Source of the DNA: Mustelus asterias
Taxonomy: Eukaryota
Reading direction: 5' to 3'
Assembly (NCBI RefSeq): GCF_964213995.1
Contig: NC_135811.1
Span: 104,098,001-104,162,000 of the forward strand
DNA: 64,000 nt
In this document: piece by piece, positions 49,296 to 60,530 of the stretch
Position numbering within the stretch: position 1 is the stretch's first letter
Layout: every line of letters starts with the position of its first letter
Program-made: the position numbers and the translations under genes
Notes under the pieces: model-generated
What the model was told of the DNA's origin: nothing
Seen by the model: only the letters and a program-made list of their open reading frames with translations
Databases searched by the model: none

Positions 49296-49369
49296 GTTTA
49301 GGGCTGAAGGAGTGCTGCATTGTCTGAGGTACCCTCTTCCAGCTGAGACATTAGGCCAACTGCCATCTT

Positions 49370-49856
49370 TCTTGTTGTATCACAGCTTGGTATGGCTCCT
49401 GCTCTGACCAAGACCGCAAGGAACTACAAAAGGTCGTGAATGTAGCCCAATCCATCATGCAAACCAGCCTTCCATCCATTGACTCTGTCTACACTTCCCG
49501 TTGCCTCGGCAAAGCAGCCGGCGTAATTAAGGACCCCACGCACCCCGGACATTCTCTCTTCCACCTTCTTCCGTCGGGAAAAAGATACAAAGTCTGAGGT
49601 CACATACCAACTGACTCGAGAACAGCTTCCTCCCTGCTGCCATCAGACTTTTGAATGGACTTCTTGCATTAAGTTGATCTTTCTCTACACCCTAGCTATG
49701 ACTGCAACACTACATTCTGCACTCTCTCGTTTCCTTCTCTATGTAAATCCCCGTTGAATTAAATGAAGATGGCAGCAAACATCATGGCTGGAATTCTCTG
49801 GCATTTTGTCTGCAGAGTGCGCAAGAAACATGTGACAATAATAAATCAAATCAAAT
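49370..49856 (+). mobile_element. Rex1-like LINE 3' fragment
   Basis: Matches the reverse complement of about 11110-11580; (AAATC)n tail. Confidence 0.85.
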
Positions 49857-51339
49857 CTTAGGCGATGCAAAACATTCCATGGCACTGCTTCCAAGAAGAG
49901 TAGGGTGCTATCCCTGGCATTCTGGCCAACGTTTTGTTCCGCAATCACATCACAAAGAGAGATTGTCTGGCCAATATCACAATGCTGTTCGTGGGAGCTT
50001 GCTGTGCATAAATTGGCTACCACGTTTCTACACTGCAGCAGTGTCTACGTTTCAAAAGTACTTAATTGACCGGAAACCTCTGTGACATCTGGCAGTCATG
50101 ATAGGTGCTACATAAATGCAAGTCATATTCAATTTTTTAAATAAACTATGTTTAGTGATGTCAAAAAAGTGCAATTTTGGACTTCCAATTAAAAGCATCA
50201 ATTCATTTGATAAATTCTTTAAAATAAAATTAATGGGAATGATTGGGTTTTACAGCAAGAGGTATGGATTATAAACATCAAGTTGTCTTGGAGAATCTAT
50301 GCTGAAACTTAGTAAGATTGTAGTTGGAGAACTGTGTGCAATTTTGAATGCTGTGGCAATAGATTCACTCGAATAGTATAAGGATTACAAGTATGAAGAA
50401 ATATTTCTGAAAAATATCACAATTAAAAATAAAATTACAGAGTGTTTTTGACAGCTGTATCAAAACATTGTGAATGAATGGAGTGGGATGTGGAAGATAG
50501 AATCAGGTTATTTCCATTTATTGCAGAGTCTAGAATGAGAGGACATAGATACAAGATTGTGTGACTGTGGAATTCACTGCCGAAACCAGTGATTGAAACA
50601 GAGACCATGTCAACATTTACTGATCGGTGGATGATTGCACAGGAGTGATGCGAGATGGGCAGGCATGTGGGATTACAATCACGATCCACGTGGAAAAATA
50701 AAGACCAACATGTTCTATTTGGGTCAAATGGCTTGTTTGTGCCTTGTAATTTCAAAGTAATTTTCTTGTCAGTTTTTCTTCCTTCTCTCCCCTCATTACG
50801 TAGGCTGCTGACACTCACTGGATTTACATGGGTAACCCAACAGAGAAATATTCATGTAATTGCACACCTCTAACTTCAAGAGAGAAAGCAGTTGAGTGAA
50901 GAGGGAGAGCAACGTTTACTCAAGTCTCCCAGTCAAGAGGTCAGATGCAGTCACAAACTGCGACCGTGTGACATACTCCAGATGATTTTTCTTCTGCCAA
51001 GTTGGAAGTCCCTTCTATTGGATGGCTTGGCCGCTGGATAATCCTCGCTGTACCAAATTAAAATGATCGATTTGGGAATCATCACCAAAGCAGAAGACCA
51101 ACAAACCCCACACCCGCCATAGTTTTGCCCACTCACCGAATCTATCAATATCTCTTTGCCAGTTTCTACCCTCACTTATGTCATCAGAAAACTGGGATAT
51201 ACAGTTCTCTATTCCTTCCCCCAAGTTATTGGAAAGTGAAAAGCCAAGGCCCCAGGACAGTCTCTTGAGGACACTACGGAGCACGTTCTGCTGATTGGAA
51301 TACAAAACCATGATTTCAACAGTTGTACCTTCTACCCAG

Positions 51340-51718
51340 TATAATGACCTCAATGAGGTTGGCCACTTGGAGTATGAGCTCCCTGATTGAGGTAGCCTAC
51401 GGCCATACTAGTCTAAAAAAAGAACGCCTGATCTCGTCTGATCTCAGAAGCTAAGCAGACTCAGGGCTGGTTAGTACTTGGACGGGAGACCGCCTGGGAA
51501 TACCAGGTACAGTAGGCTTTAACAAAAAAAGAGTTACCTGATTGGGCAGGCAATTATTACCTCAATCAGGGAATCTCACCTGTGTATATAATGAGGAGTG
51601 TCAGGGCTACTGACACTTCGGATTCTGACTTTGTACCTGAAGCACTCTTAGGAGTGGAGGTAAGTTTGTAAACAAAGGGAATCTGGTGAAGGGACACCAG
51701 CTCTGAGGAGTTATTTCA
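51340..51718 (+). mobile_element. Short solo-LTR-like element hosting the 5S retrocopy
   Basis: TATAAT start (possibly from TGTAAT), TTTCA end, flanks CCCAG / CCCAA, TATATAA at 51585. Confidence 0.5.
51395..51520 (+). pseudogene. 5S rRNA retropseudogene with an A-rich tail at 51521-51530
   Basis: GCCTACGGCCATAC...GATCTCGTCTGATCTC.GAAGCTAAGCAG...CTGGTTAGTACTTGGA.GGGAGACCGCCTGGGAATACC...GTAGGCTTT; single copy, A-run expansion, CpG-type substitutions, no T4 terminator. Confidence 0.9.
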
Positions 51719-52074
51719 CCCAATTTCTCACAAACATCAGCAGGTTACCTCCTATTCCAAGTGTTCTCATTTTTTGTTAACAGTCTCTTGTGTGAAACAG
51801 ACAGAGCAACAACTTGCTGATCACGTGTGTGACAGTGAAAGGATTATCAGTAGGAACTTCAGGAGGACTGCACTGGATTGCAAGGTAAGAGGATGTACAA
51901 GAGGGTGACATCAGGCCATAAACAACAAGGGCAAAACTCCTGTGGAGTACAAGAGAAATGCCCAGCTGAACACATGAGCCAAGACACAACACCTCTCAGA
52001 ACACCAAATCAAAGCAGGGAGCTCAGCCATAAACGCAGGAGGATCTCATTGACTTCAGGTCAGTCTGACCAGAA

Positions 52075-52690
52075 ACAGAACATATAAGAACGCAAGAAAT
52101 AGGGGCAGGAGAAAACCATTTGACCCGTCGAACTTGCTCTGCATTCAATATGGTCATGGCTACTCTTGAACGTCAACTCTATTTTCCTGTCTTTGCTTCA
52201 TATCCCTTTGATTCTCTGAAACACCAAAAATATCTCTTATCTCAGCCTTCCCTATAGTACAGAAAGAGGCCATTCAGCCCCTTAAGCCTGCACCAACAAC
52301 AATCCCTCCCAGGCCCTATTCTCACAATCCCAGCTAATCCCCTCGACACCAATTTAGCATGGCCAATCCACCTAACCTGTGCACCTTTGGACTATGGGAG
52401 GAAACCCACGCGGACACGGGGAAAATGTGCAAATTCCACACAGCCACCCAAGGCCGGAATTGAACCTGGGTCCCTGTTGTGAAGCAGCAGTGCTAACCAC
52501 TGTGCTGCCCCTTTGAGTGAAATAACTTCTCCCCATCTCAGTCCTAAATGATTGTCCCCTTATCCTGAAACTGTGCCCTTTTGCTCTAGATTCCCCTGCC
52601 AGGGGAAACATCTTCAGTATCTACTCTGTCAAACCCCTTCTTCATCCCAAATGTTTCAATGAGGATTCAATCACATTCTTAGAATATAGA
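52075..52690 (-). mobile_element. Old CR1 3' end with an HE1 copy (about 52255-52512, minus) inside it
   Basis: MFPLAGESRAKGHSFRIRG..FRTEM; HE1 core in between. Confidence 0.75.
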
Positions 52691-53302
52691 CCTAACTGAA
52701 TGAACAAGTGCAAAATAGACCCGACGCTTAAAACTTTAAACTTCCATCTTGGAAATTCTTCATGGGATTTTATTTATATAAAGTCTGTGGATAAGAAAAT
52801 TTAGCCCATCAGCATCGTTCAAGCTCGAAAACCCAGTACTCTTCACCAATGAGGAGATGTTCTATGTTGGTTGGACACAATCCAGATATCATGCAGAGAG
52901 CTGCAACCAACACCAAGGGAACACTCACAAACTCAACAGCACTTCTCAAAATGATTTTGTTTTCTTACAGCCACAATTAGCAACTCAACTAATTTCATGT
53001 TGCAGAGATTAGCTGCTTCACGTTGCCTGGATACAACCACCAATCGAAATGACATGGAAGCTCACTCATTAGAGCAACTTCCTTTTGTTGGCTTTCAAAC
53101 TAGCACAGATTAACCGCATGAAATGCAACTTTAAATCCCAGTTCCAAAAGTCCCAGTGAAATTGATCCAGTATAGTCTGACCCAATTCCTACAACAAAAA
53201 TCAGCCTACAACGCAAAATGGATCACAGTTGGCAACCTCCGGGCAAACCATAACAACGGCTGGCATAGGAAGTAGCAACTTGTCTACAAAGCAAGGCTAC
53301 AG

Positions 53303-53583
53303 TGTTAGAATGTAACTGGTGACAACTTTGTATTGGATGTAATGTGACCAATGGGAACAGGATGTAAGGGTCAGCTGACCCAGTAAAACATGGAACCAAT
53401 CACAGTGATGTAATAGTCAGCTGACCAACTGGTTTACTATAAATAAGGAACTATGTAGCAATGTGGGTGAACTTGGAGTGGCCCAGGGCGAGGCTCCAAG
53501 TTTGGAGTAATGATGTTTCTTTATTAAACCCTTTCTTTGATTTATAAGTTGGAGTAGGTTTTGTTGTTGTTTCATTAGCTGTA
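53303..53583 (+). mobile_element. Short solo-LTR-like element, copy 2
   Basis: TGTTAG start, CCAAT boxes, TATAAATA at 53438, ATTAAA at 53523; homologous to 20220-20495. Confidence 0.6.
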
Positions 53584-53689
53584 TTTTGAAGAGTTCCTTC
53601 TGAAGAGACATACAGTTGCTGAACACAAGGCAGGAGGTTGTGGACTCAAGTCCGATTCCAGTGGCTCGATCACAGAATCCAGGCAAACA

Positions 53690-54885
53690 CACAATAGCCA
53701 GGACTGAGGGCATGCTGCAGTGTCAGAGGTGCTGTCTTTCAGATGAGACGTTGAAACCCAGGGCTCTTCTGCCCTTCTAGTAGGTGTAAAAGATCCCATG
53801 GTGCTACGTTAAAGAGCTACAGCATTCTCTCCAGTGTCCCCGGCAATATTAATCCCCCAGCTAATATCCACTAAATAAAAAATCATCTGACCATTATATC
53901 ATTTCTGTTTGTGGGAGCTGGCTACACACAAATATCTTTCTTATATTTCTAGTAGTGACAAACTTCAACAGTCTGCCATCAGTGTCGTAGTCTGCAGGAA
54001 GACTTAGACAGGTTGCAAAGTTGGGCCGAGAGGTGGCGGATGGAGTTTAATGCGGAGAAGTGTGAGGTAATTCACTTTGGTAGGAATAACAGTTGTGTTG
54101 AGTATAGGGCTAACGGGAGGACTTTGAATAGTGTGGAGGAGCAGAGGGATCTAGGTGTATGTGTGCATAGATCCCTGAAAGTTGGGAATCAAGTAGATAA
54201 GGTTGTTAAGAAGGCATATGGTGTCTTGGCGTTTATTGGTAGGGGGATTGAATTTAGGAGTCGTAGCGTTATGTTGCAACTGTACACAACTCTGGTGCGG
54301 CCGCACTTGGAGTACTGTGTGCAGTTCTGGTCCCCACATTACAGGAAGGATGTGGAGGCTTTGGAGAGGGTGCAGAGGAGGTTTACCAGGATGTTGCCTG
54401 GTATGGAGGGGAGATCCTATGAGGAGAGGCTGAGGGATTTGGGATTGTTTTCGCTGGAAAGGCGGCGGCTAAGAGGGGATCTTATTGAAACATATAAGAT
54501 GATTAGAGGTTTAGATAGGGTGGATAGTGATAGCCTTTTTCCTCTGATGGAGAAATCCAGCACGAGGGGGCATGGCTTTAAATTGAGGGGGGGTAGTTAT
54601 AGAACCGATGTCAGGGGTAGGTTCTTTACCCAGAGGGTGGTGAGGGATTGGAATGCCCTGCCAGCATCAGTAGTAAATGCGCCTAGTTTGGGGGCGTTTA
54701 AGAGATCCGTAGATAGGTTCATGGACGAAAAGAAATTGGTTTAGGTTGGAGGGTCACAGTTTTTTTTTTTAACTGGTCGGTGCAACATCGTGGGCCGAAG
54801 GGCCTGTTCTGCGCTGTAATGTTCTATGTTCTATGTTCTATGTAGTTGTAAGTGTTTTGGAACATTTGGAGATTGTGACAGGTGT
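53690..54885 (+). mobile_element. DeuSINE (SacSINE1-like), split by CR1
   Basis: GAGGTGCTGTCTTTCAGATGAGACGTTGAAACC...AAAGATCCCATGG core. Confidence 0.75.
53984..54843 (+). mobile_element. Young CR1 LINE, 5'-truncated; open ORF2 C-terminus at 54013-54744
   Basis: W..RWRMEFNAEKC, LVRPHLEYC, FFTQRVV..WNALP; (TTCTATG)3 tail. Confidence 0.93.
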
Positions 54886-54905
54886 GACTCAGTAACAATG
54901 TAGGT

Positions 54906-55238
54906 CATAGAATCATAAAATCCCTACAGTGCAGAAGGAGGCCCATCGAGTCTTCAACAACTCTCCAACAGAACATCTTACCTAGGCCCTATCTCCATAA
55001 CCCTACATATTTACCCTGCTAATCCCCCTAATCTACACACCCTTTGGACACTAAATTGCCCCTTCAGGGCCAGTCCACCCAACCTACATATCTTTGGACT
55101 GTGGGAGGAAACTTGAGCACCCAGAGAAAACCCACACAGAGAGAGGGAGAACATGCAAACTCCACACAGCCAGCCACCCAAGGCTGGAATCAAACCCAGG
55201 TCCCTGGCGCTGTGAGGCAGCTATGCTAACCACTGTGC
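54906..55238 (-). mobile_element. HE1 V-SINE, followed by a DeuSINE fragment (about 55255-55480, minus)
   Basis: Motif similarity to the other copies. Confidence 0.8.
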
Positions 55239-56229
55239 TATTCTTCAAGGTCGATTAATAAATATTGGCCAGGGCATCAGGGAAATATCTTCTTCACAGA
55301 ATCTTTTACATACACGCAAGAGATCAGAGGGGCCCTCTGTTTAATATCTCATCCAAGGATATCACCTCCAACAGTGTAACACTCCTCTAAGTATTGTGTT
55401 CAAGTGTCATCATAGTCTATGCGCTCAGGTCTCTGGAGTAGGACTTGCTCCCCCAGCCCTCTGACTCAGAGTGCTCACAACTAGCTGACAGCTTCATCAT
55501 ATTACCATTGAATGAGCTGCCTAGTGAAGAGGCCTGGTTTCAATGAACACTGCCTTAAGCAATAGGTTCTCCACATGACACAGCAAGATGAGCACCCAAC
55601 CAAACAGTAAAGCAACTCATGGCATGTGGAGATAGCTCTCACTAGACAAGCAGGAAACAGACAGAGCAAAAGGCCCTTAAAATAAGGAACAGAGAGTCTT
55701 ATTCAGATACACAGAGACTAATTGTTCCCCAGCAGACAATAGTTAATTATGTCTCTAGCTGGCCCAGTATTTGATTGGTCTTTAGATTTAACATTTACTG
55801 AAGACTGATGGGAATAAAATGCAGTTATCAGAAGAAGATAGATTGTAAGAGGTCATGTAAGTTCTTAATGTAAAAGCTAGAAACTAAACCCAAAATACAG
55901 TCACTATTAATCCAATAAGGAATTCAGGAGAAACTTTTAAAAAATGGAGTTTGATACCACAAGGAATAGCTGAGGGAACACATTTCAAGGAAAATTAGAT
56001 AAGTACATGATCTTATTGCGACATACAAGACTCAGAGGCAACTTGACAGGATAGATGCTGAGAGAATGTGTCCCTTTGTGAGGGAATCTAAAACTGAGGA
56101 GCATTCAAAATAAGGGAGTCTCCTTTTTAAGGAGGAATTTCTTCCCTACCAAAGGGTTTGGAATTTTCTGCCCCAGAGACGAATGGTTGAATATATTCAA
56201 AGCCGAGTTAGATAGATTTTTGATTGACA

Positions 56230-56232
<3 letters not shown>

Positions 56233-56294
<62 letters not shown>
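56233..56294. repeat. Poly-G plus (AG)n microsatellite inside an old CR1 3' end (about 56000-56395)
   Basis: Directly visible. Confidence 0.9.
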
Positions 56295-56298
<4 letters not shown>

Positions 56299-57509
56299 GC
56301 GGAGTTAAGGCCACAATCAGACTAGCCATGATGTTATTCAATGATGAGCAGGCCTGAGGGGCTAAATGGCCTACTCCTGCCGCTACTTATGTTCTTCCAA
56401 GGGAGAACAGGACAAATTATATTTATATTTTGAGTTTTAATTTAGTAAAACCAAGCCCTAAGGTGCTTCACAGGAGCTCAAACAAAGTGCTACACACAGA
56501 GCCATATAAGGTGAGAAAACCACAAGCGACCCAAGGTTTGGTCAAAAGCATCACTTTTAAGAGGCACCTTAAAAGGAGGAAATGTAGAGACACCAAGGGG
56601 TTTTGGGACAGGATGCTAGAACTAGGCAGCTGAAGGCGCAGCCGCCACGTGTGGGACAAAGAAAATTGGGAATGATCAAGAGGCCGGAATTGGAGGCGCT
56701 CAGAAATCTTGGGACAATTGTCAGGCTGGAAGAAGTTAGAGTTAGGGAGGAACAGACAGAATAGGATATGTTGAATAGACAAAAGGAAATTAGGTGGGAG
56801 GAGGCTCATAAACATCGGCAGAGCCTTTTTGGACTAAATGGCCCATTACTGTGCTGTACAAGTACTATGTAATTCCATGTAAAAATAATGCAACACGACC
56901 TCAAACAACTTATTACGCAGCAGTCCATCGATTTAACCTTCAAGCTACAGTGAAGGAGCTTTACTCTGTGATTATGAATCGCACACTGTTTCAGTCCCTT
57001 CTGCTGGCTCCTGCATGGTGAAAGTCAGGAGCCAGACTTCAGAGACCGGATAGACTCTGCCGAGTAACACAGAGAGAAAATTCACCCTCCTGGCCTCCCA
57101 CGTTGCTTTGTTCCAGAATTCTTTTGGCATCAGTTCAGTATAAAGTTGGTCAGCCAACTCCCATCATTTACGTTACTTAATCAATCCCCCCTTGTCCCAG
57201 TGCCAAGTTCATAACTTCTCATAAATAAAACAAAAACTGGGTCTCATCCTGTCACTGGGGTAAGGGAGCCCGGTTTAGCAATGTGAACATTGAAAACCAG
57301 CTCAGTAACACCAAACTAAATAGGTGTGGAGTGCATAATTTTCCTTAAATTCAGGCTGTGAAGAAGAAAAAGAAATCAGGCCAACAATAATCCCACAGTT
57401 GTATTCCCTGGGGCACTTTTGCTGGAAGTTTGGTTGCGTGGAACAGATTGGGTAGAAATGTGTTAGCTCCACAGTCGAGCAGCTCATCAACCTAAATTTC
57501 CAGATTCAC

Positions 57510-58252
57510 ACACGGTGACACAGTGGTTAGCACTGCTGCCTCACAGCACCAGGGACCCAGGTTTGATTCCCAGCTTGGGTGACTGTCTGTGTGGAATTTG
57601 AAGGTGCTATAATTTTCTTTGTTCTTTGTAATTTTCCTGTCTTCCTCCCTCCCTTCCATTTCCTGATTTGTACCTACTTCTGGGCTGTTACTTATATCTG
57701 TTTTTATATTTTGGGCTGAGTTTCTCTCAGTCTTATTTTTTTTAGTCATCCTTTGCTGTCCCTTATATTCTGACCAATATTCTGACCTTCCACCTGTCCT
57801 TGTGGGTGGCACGGTAGCACAGTGGTTAGCACTGCTGCCTCACAGCACCAGGGACCCGGGTTCGATTCCCGGCTCAGGTAACGTAACCATCCATGTGGAG
57901 TTTGTATGTTCTCCCCGTGTCTGCGTGGGTTTCCTCCGAGTGCTCCGGTTTCCTCCCACAGTCCAAAGAGGTGCTGGTTAGGAGCATTGGCCATGCTAAA
58001 TTCTCCCTCAGTGTACCTGAACAGGTGCCGGAGTGTGGCGACTAGGGGATTTTCATAGTAACTTCATTACAGCGTGAATGTAAGTCTACTTGTGACACTA
58101 ATAAATAAACTCTGCTTGACTTTTACGTGCTGGTTGGGTGCACTGGCCATACTAAATTCTCCCTCAGTGTACCCAAACAGTCACCAGAGTGTGGTGACTA
58201 GGAAACTTCATTGCAGTGTTAATGTGAAGCTAATAAATAAACTTTAAAACTT
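57510..58252 (+). mobile_element. Type-2 V-SINE whose core is replaced by a foreign patch, with a second full type-2 copy (57804-58111) nested inside
   Basis: Outer head at 57510-57600, outer tail at 58126-58252. Confidence 0.75.
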
Positions 58253-58419
58253 ATAAGGTGAAATTTTCCAAAGAGTTTGCATGCTCCAGTGCAGGCCGCA
58301 TTGTTTTGATTGGCAAATGTTGAAAATAGGAAACAAAATGATTTTTTTTCTACATGCAAAAGATGCAGAGAAATTGTTGTCAAAATAGTTAAAGAATAAC
58401 CTTAAACAAGTCAACCACT

Positions 58420-58746
58420 TCACTTTCAGCTAACTGCTTACTCCAATTCAGGGTCACGGGGAGTTGGAGCCTTTCCCGACAGACATTGGGCACGAGACAG
58501 GATGCACCCAGGATTGGACACTGGTCCATCACCGGGCACACACAAACAAACCGAGAAGCAATTTACCGTGGCCAATCTACCTAACCTGCACATCTTTGGA
58601 CTGTGGGAGGAAACCAAGGCACCCGGAGGAAACCCACGCAGACACAGGGAGAACATGGAAACTTCACAGAGACGTTCACCCGAGGCCGGAATCGAACCCG
58701 GATTCCCTGGAGCCGTGAGGTAGCAGTGGTAACCACTGTGCCACCA
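58420..58746 (-). mobile_element. V-SINE with a third tail type
   Basis: HE1-like head and core, then GATGGACCAGTGTCCAATCCTGGGTG...GGCTCCAACTCCCCGTGACCCTGAATTGGAGTAAGCAG. Confidence 0.8.
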
Positions 58747-58820
58747 CAAATCAACTGGTCCTAATTTTATTAAAGCAGGCAGTTGGACATCAAGACTTGT
58801 TTCTGTAAATAATGTTTGCT

Positions 58821-59065
58821 AAGTATTGCTGACAAAAGAGTCATGTTGAACCTTTTCGTAATGCACTCATCAGGACACGTGACAAGAATACCTTGTATCA
58901 GAATACTTGGCAAGAGTATTGATGTACTTTGTATCAGGACGCTTGACAAGAATACTGATACAAGGTATATTAGTGTTCTTGCCAGGTGTCCTGATGAATG
59001 CAAAATGAAAAGCTTCTATTTGGCTGTTTCCTCAGCAATACTCGGGTTCTGAACCACCAAACAAC
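58821..59065. mobile_element. Penelope-like inverted-repeat element with two hammerhead-type cores
   Basis: CTGATGA-N9-GAAA on minus (58842-58879) and on plus (58986-59016), with nested inverted repeats. Confidence 0.65.
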
Positions 59066-59639
59066 TAAATATTTTCTGAATGAAAGTCATTGCAACGCAA
59101 CCTTTGTCCATTTGTGGCAATACATGCATGCCAATGTCCCCATTATTGTATATTCACGATTAGATAATGCTTTTTCTCAAAAATAAATACATGCATCCTA
59201 AAACTGAGTAGGGGGAGTGCAAGATGGGATCATGTCACCTGCTCAAAACTCTCCACGCCAGCCATCAAGAAGGCAACTCCACTATAGGGAACAGAAAGAA
59301 GCCATTCAGCCCCTCGAGCCTGTTCCACCAGTAAATGGGATCATGGTCCAAGACGGAATAAAAATTGTTTCACATTTGCTCATGTATATTTGACATTTGG
59401 ATTGAGGAAATAAGCCACAAAGGGGAAACAAACATGTTTTCTCGGCTGTCTGAGTCACTGTATGAATGCAGGTCGTTTCTTTAAATGAAGCAGCAATACA
59501 AGAAGAGGGTGTGCCAATGCAAACAATTGCCATGTACACCTGAGTGCAAGAATCCAGAGGGCCAACCGGTACCGAAATGCTAAAACACCATGTTAAAACA
59601 CCAACTTCCCATTCAAAATCACAAAGTCACAAAGGCCTC

Positions 59640-59940
59640 AAGTTTTAAGTTTATTTATTAGTGTCACAAGTAGGCTTACATTAACACTGCAATGAAGTTA
59701 CTGTGAAAAAACCCTAGTCGCCACACTCCAGCGTCTGTTCGGGTACACTGAGGGAGAATTTAGCATGGCCAATGCACCTAACCCGCACATCTTTGGACTG
59801 TGGGAGGCAACTGGAGCACCCAGAGGAAACCCACGCAGACACGGAGAGAACTTGCAGACTCCGCACAGACAATGACCTAAGCCAGGAATCGAACCCAGGT
59901 CCCTGGCGCTGTGAGGCAGCAGTGCTAACCACTGTGCCAC
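59640..59940 (-). mobile_element. V-SINE, tail type 2
   Basis: Full head, core and type-2 tail. Confidence 0.88.
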
Positions 59941-60139
59941 TCCTACTGCTATTGCATTTCAAGATTACTGCAATATATATGGACAATTAAAGCTCTAAGA
60001 AGTGGGAGGGCCCTGTTGGGAGGTGCACAAACCAGAAACATCCTGCAGGATGGGGTTGTGCCACTTGTGGAGGGGAAGAAGAGTGACTGGAGCCAAAGTT
60101 GCCAGTAAATCTGAGACTGTGAGCAAAAGGACAATTGGC

Positions 60140-60530
60140 ATTTATGCAACACATTACCAACACTCAGGACATCCCAAAAGTGCTTTTAGCCAATGAAGCG
60201 CTTTGGAAGTGGGAACCACAGTTGCAATGCCGGGAAAAGCAGCAACCAATTTGTGCATAGCAAGATCCCACAAAGGAACAGATATGCACATGTTCATTGA
60301 GGGACAAACATTTGCAAGGAACCAGAAGAAAACTCCTGCCCTTGAAATAGCACATGGAAACTTAACATTCACTGGCAGAGTGGGCTCGGATGCAATATCT
60401 CATCTTAAAGACGTAATTCCAACAATGCATGACTCCCTCAATACTGCACCAAGGTTTCAGCTTCTATTACATGTTCAGGCCTCTGGGGCTTGAACCCATA
60501 ACTTTTCGAATTCAAAAGCAAGGGTGTAAC
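60140..60530 (-). mobile_element. Old DeuSINE (SacSINE1-like)
   Basis: GCAAGATCCCACAAA and CTCCCTCAATACTGCAC motifs. Confidence 0.6.

Larger units (their letters stand above)
47925..50125 (+). mobile_element. DeuSINE (SacSINE1-like), split by CR1 and Rex1-like insertions
   Basis: Head at 47925-48025, core at 49300-49370, tail at 49860-50125. Confidence 0.7.

Noticed and set aside
51395-51520. Functional 5S rDNA unit
   Set aside because: Single copy with an A tail, an internal A-run insertion, no spacer array and no T4 terminator.
20220-53583. The two LTR-like copies as ends of one provirus
   Set aside because: They are 33 kb apart and clearly diverged, with no internal retroviral coding sequence, PBS or shared TSD seen.
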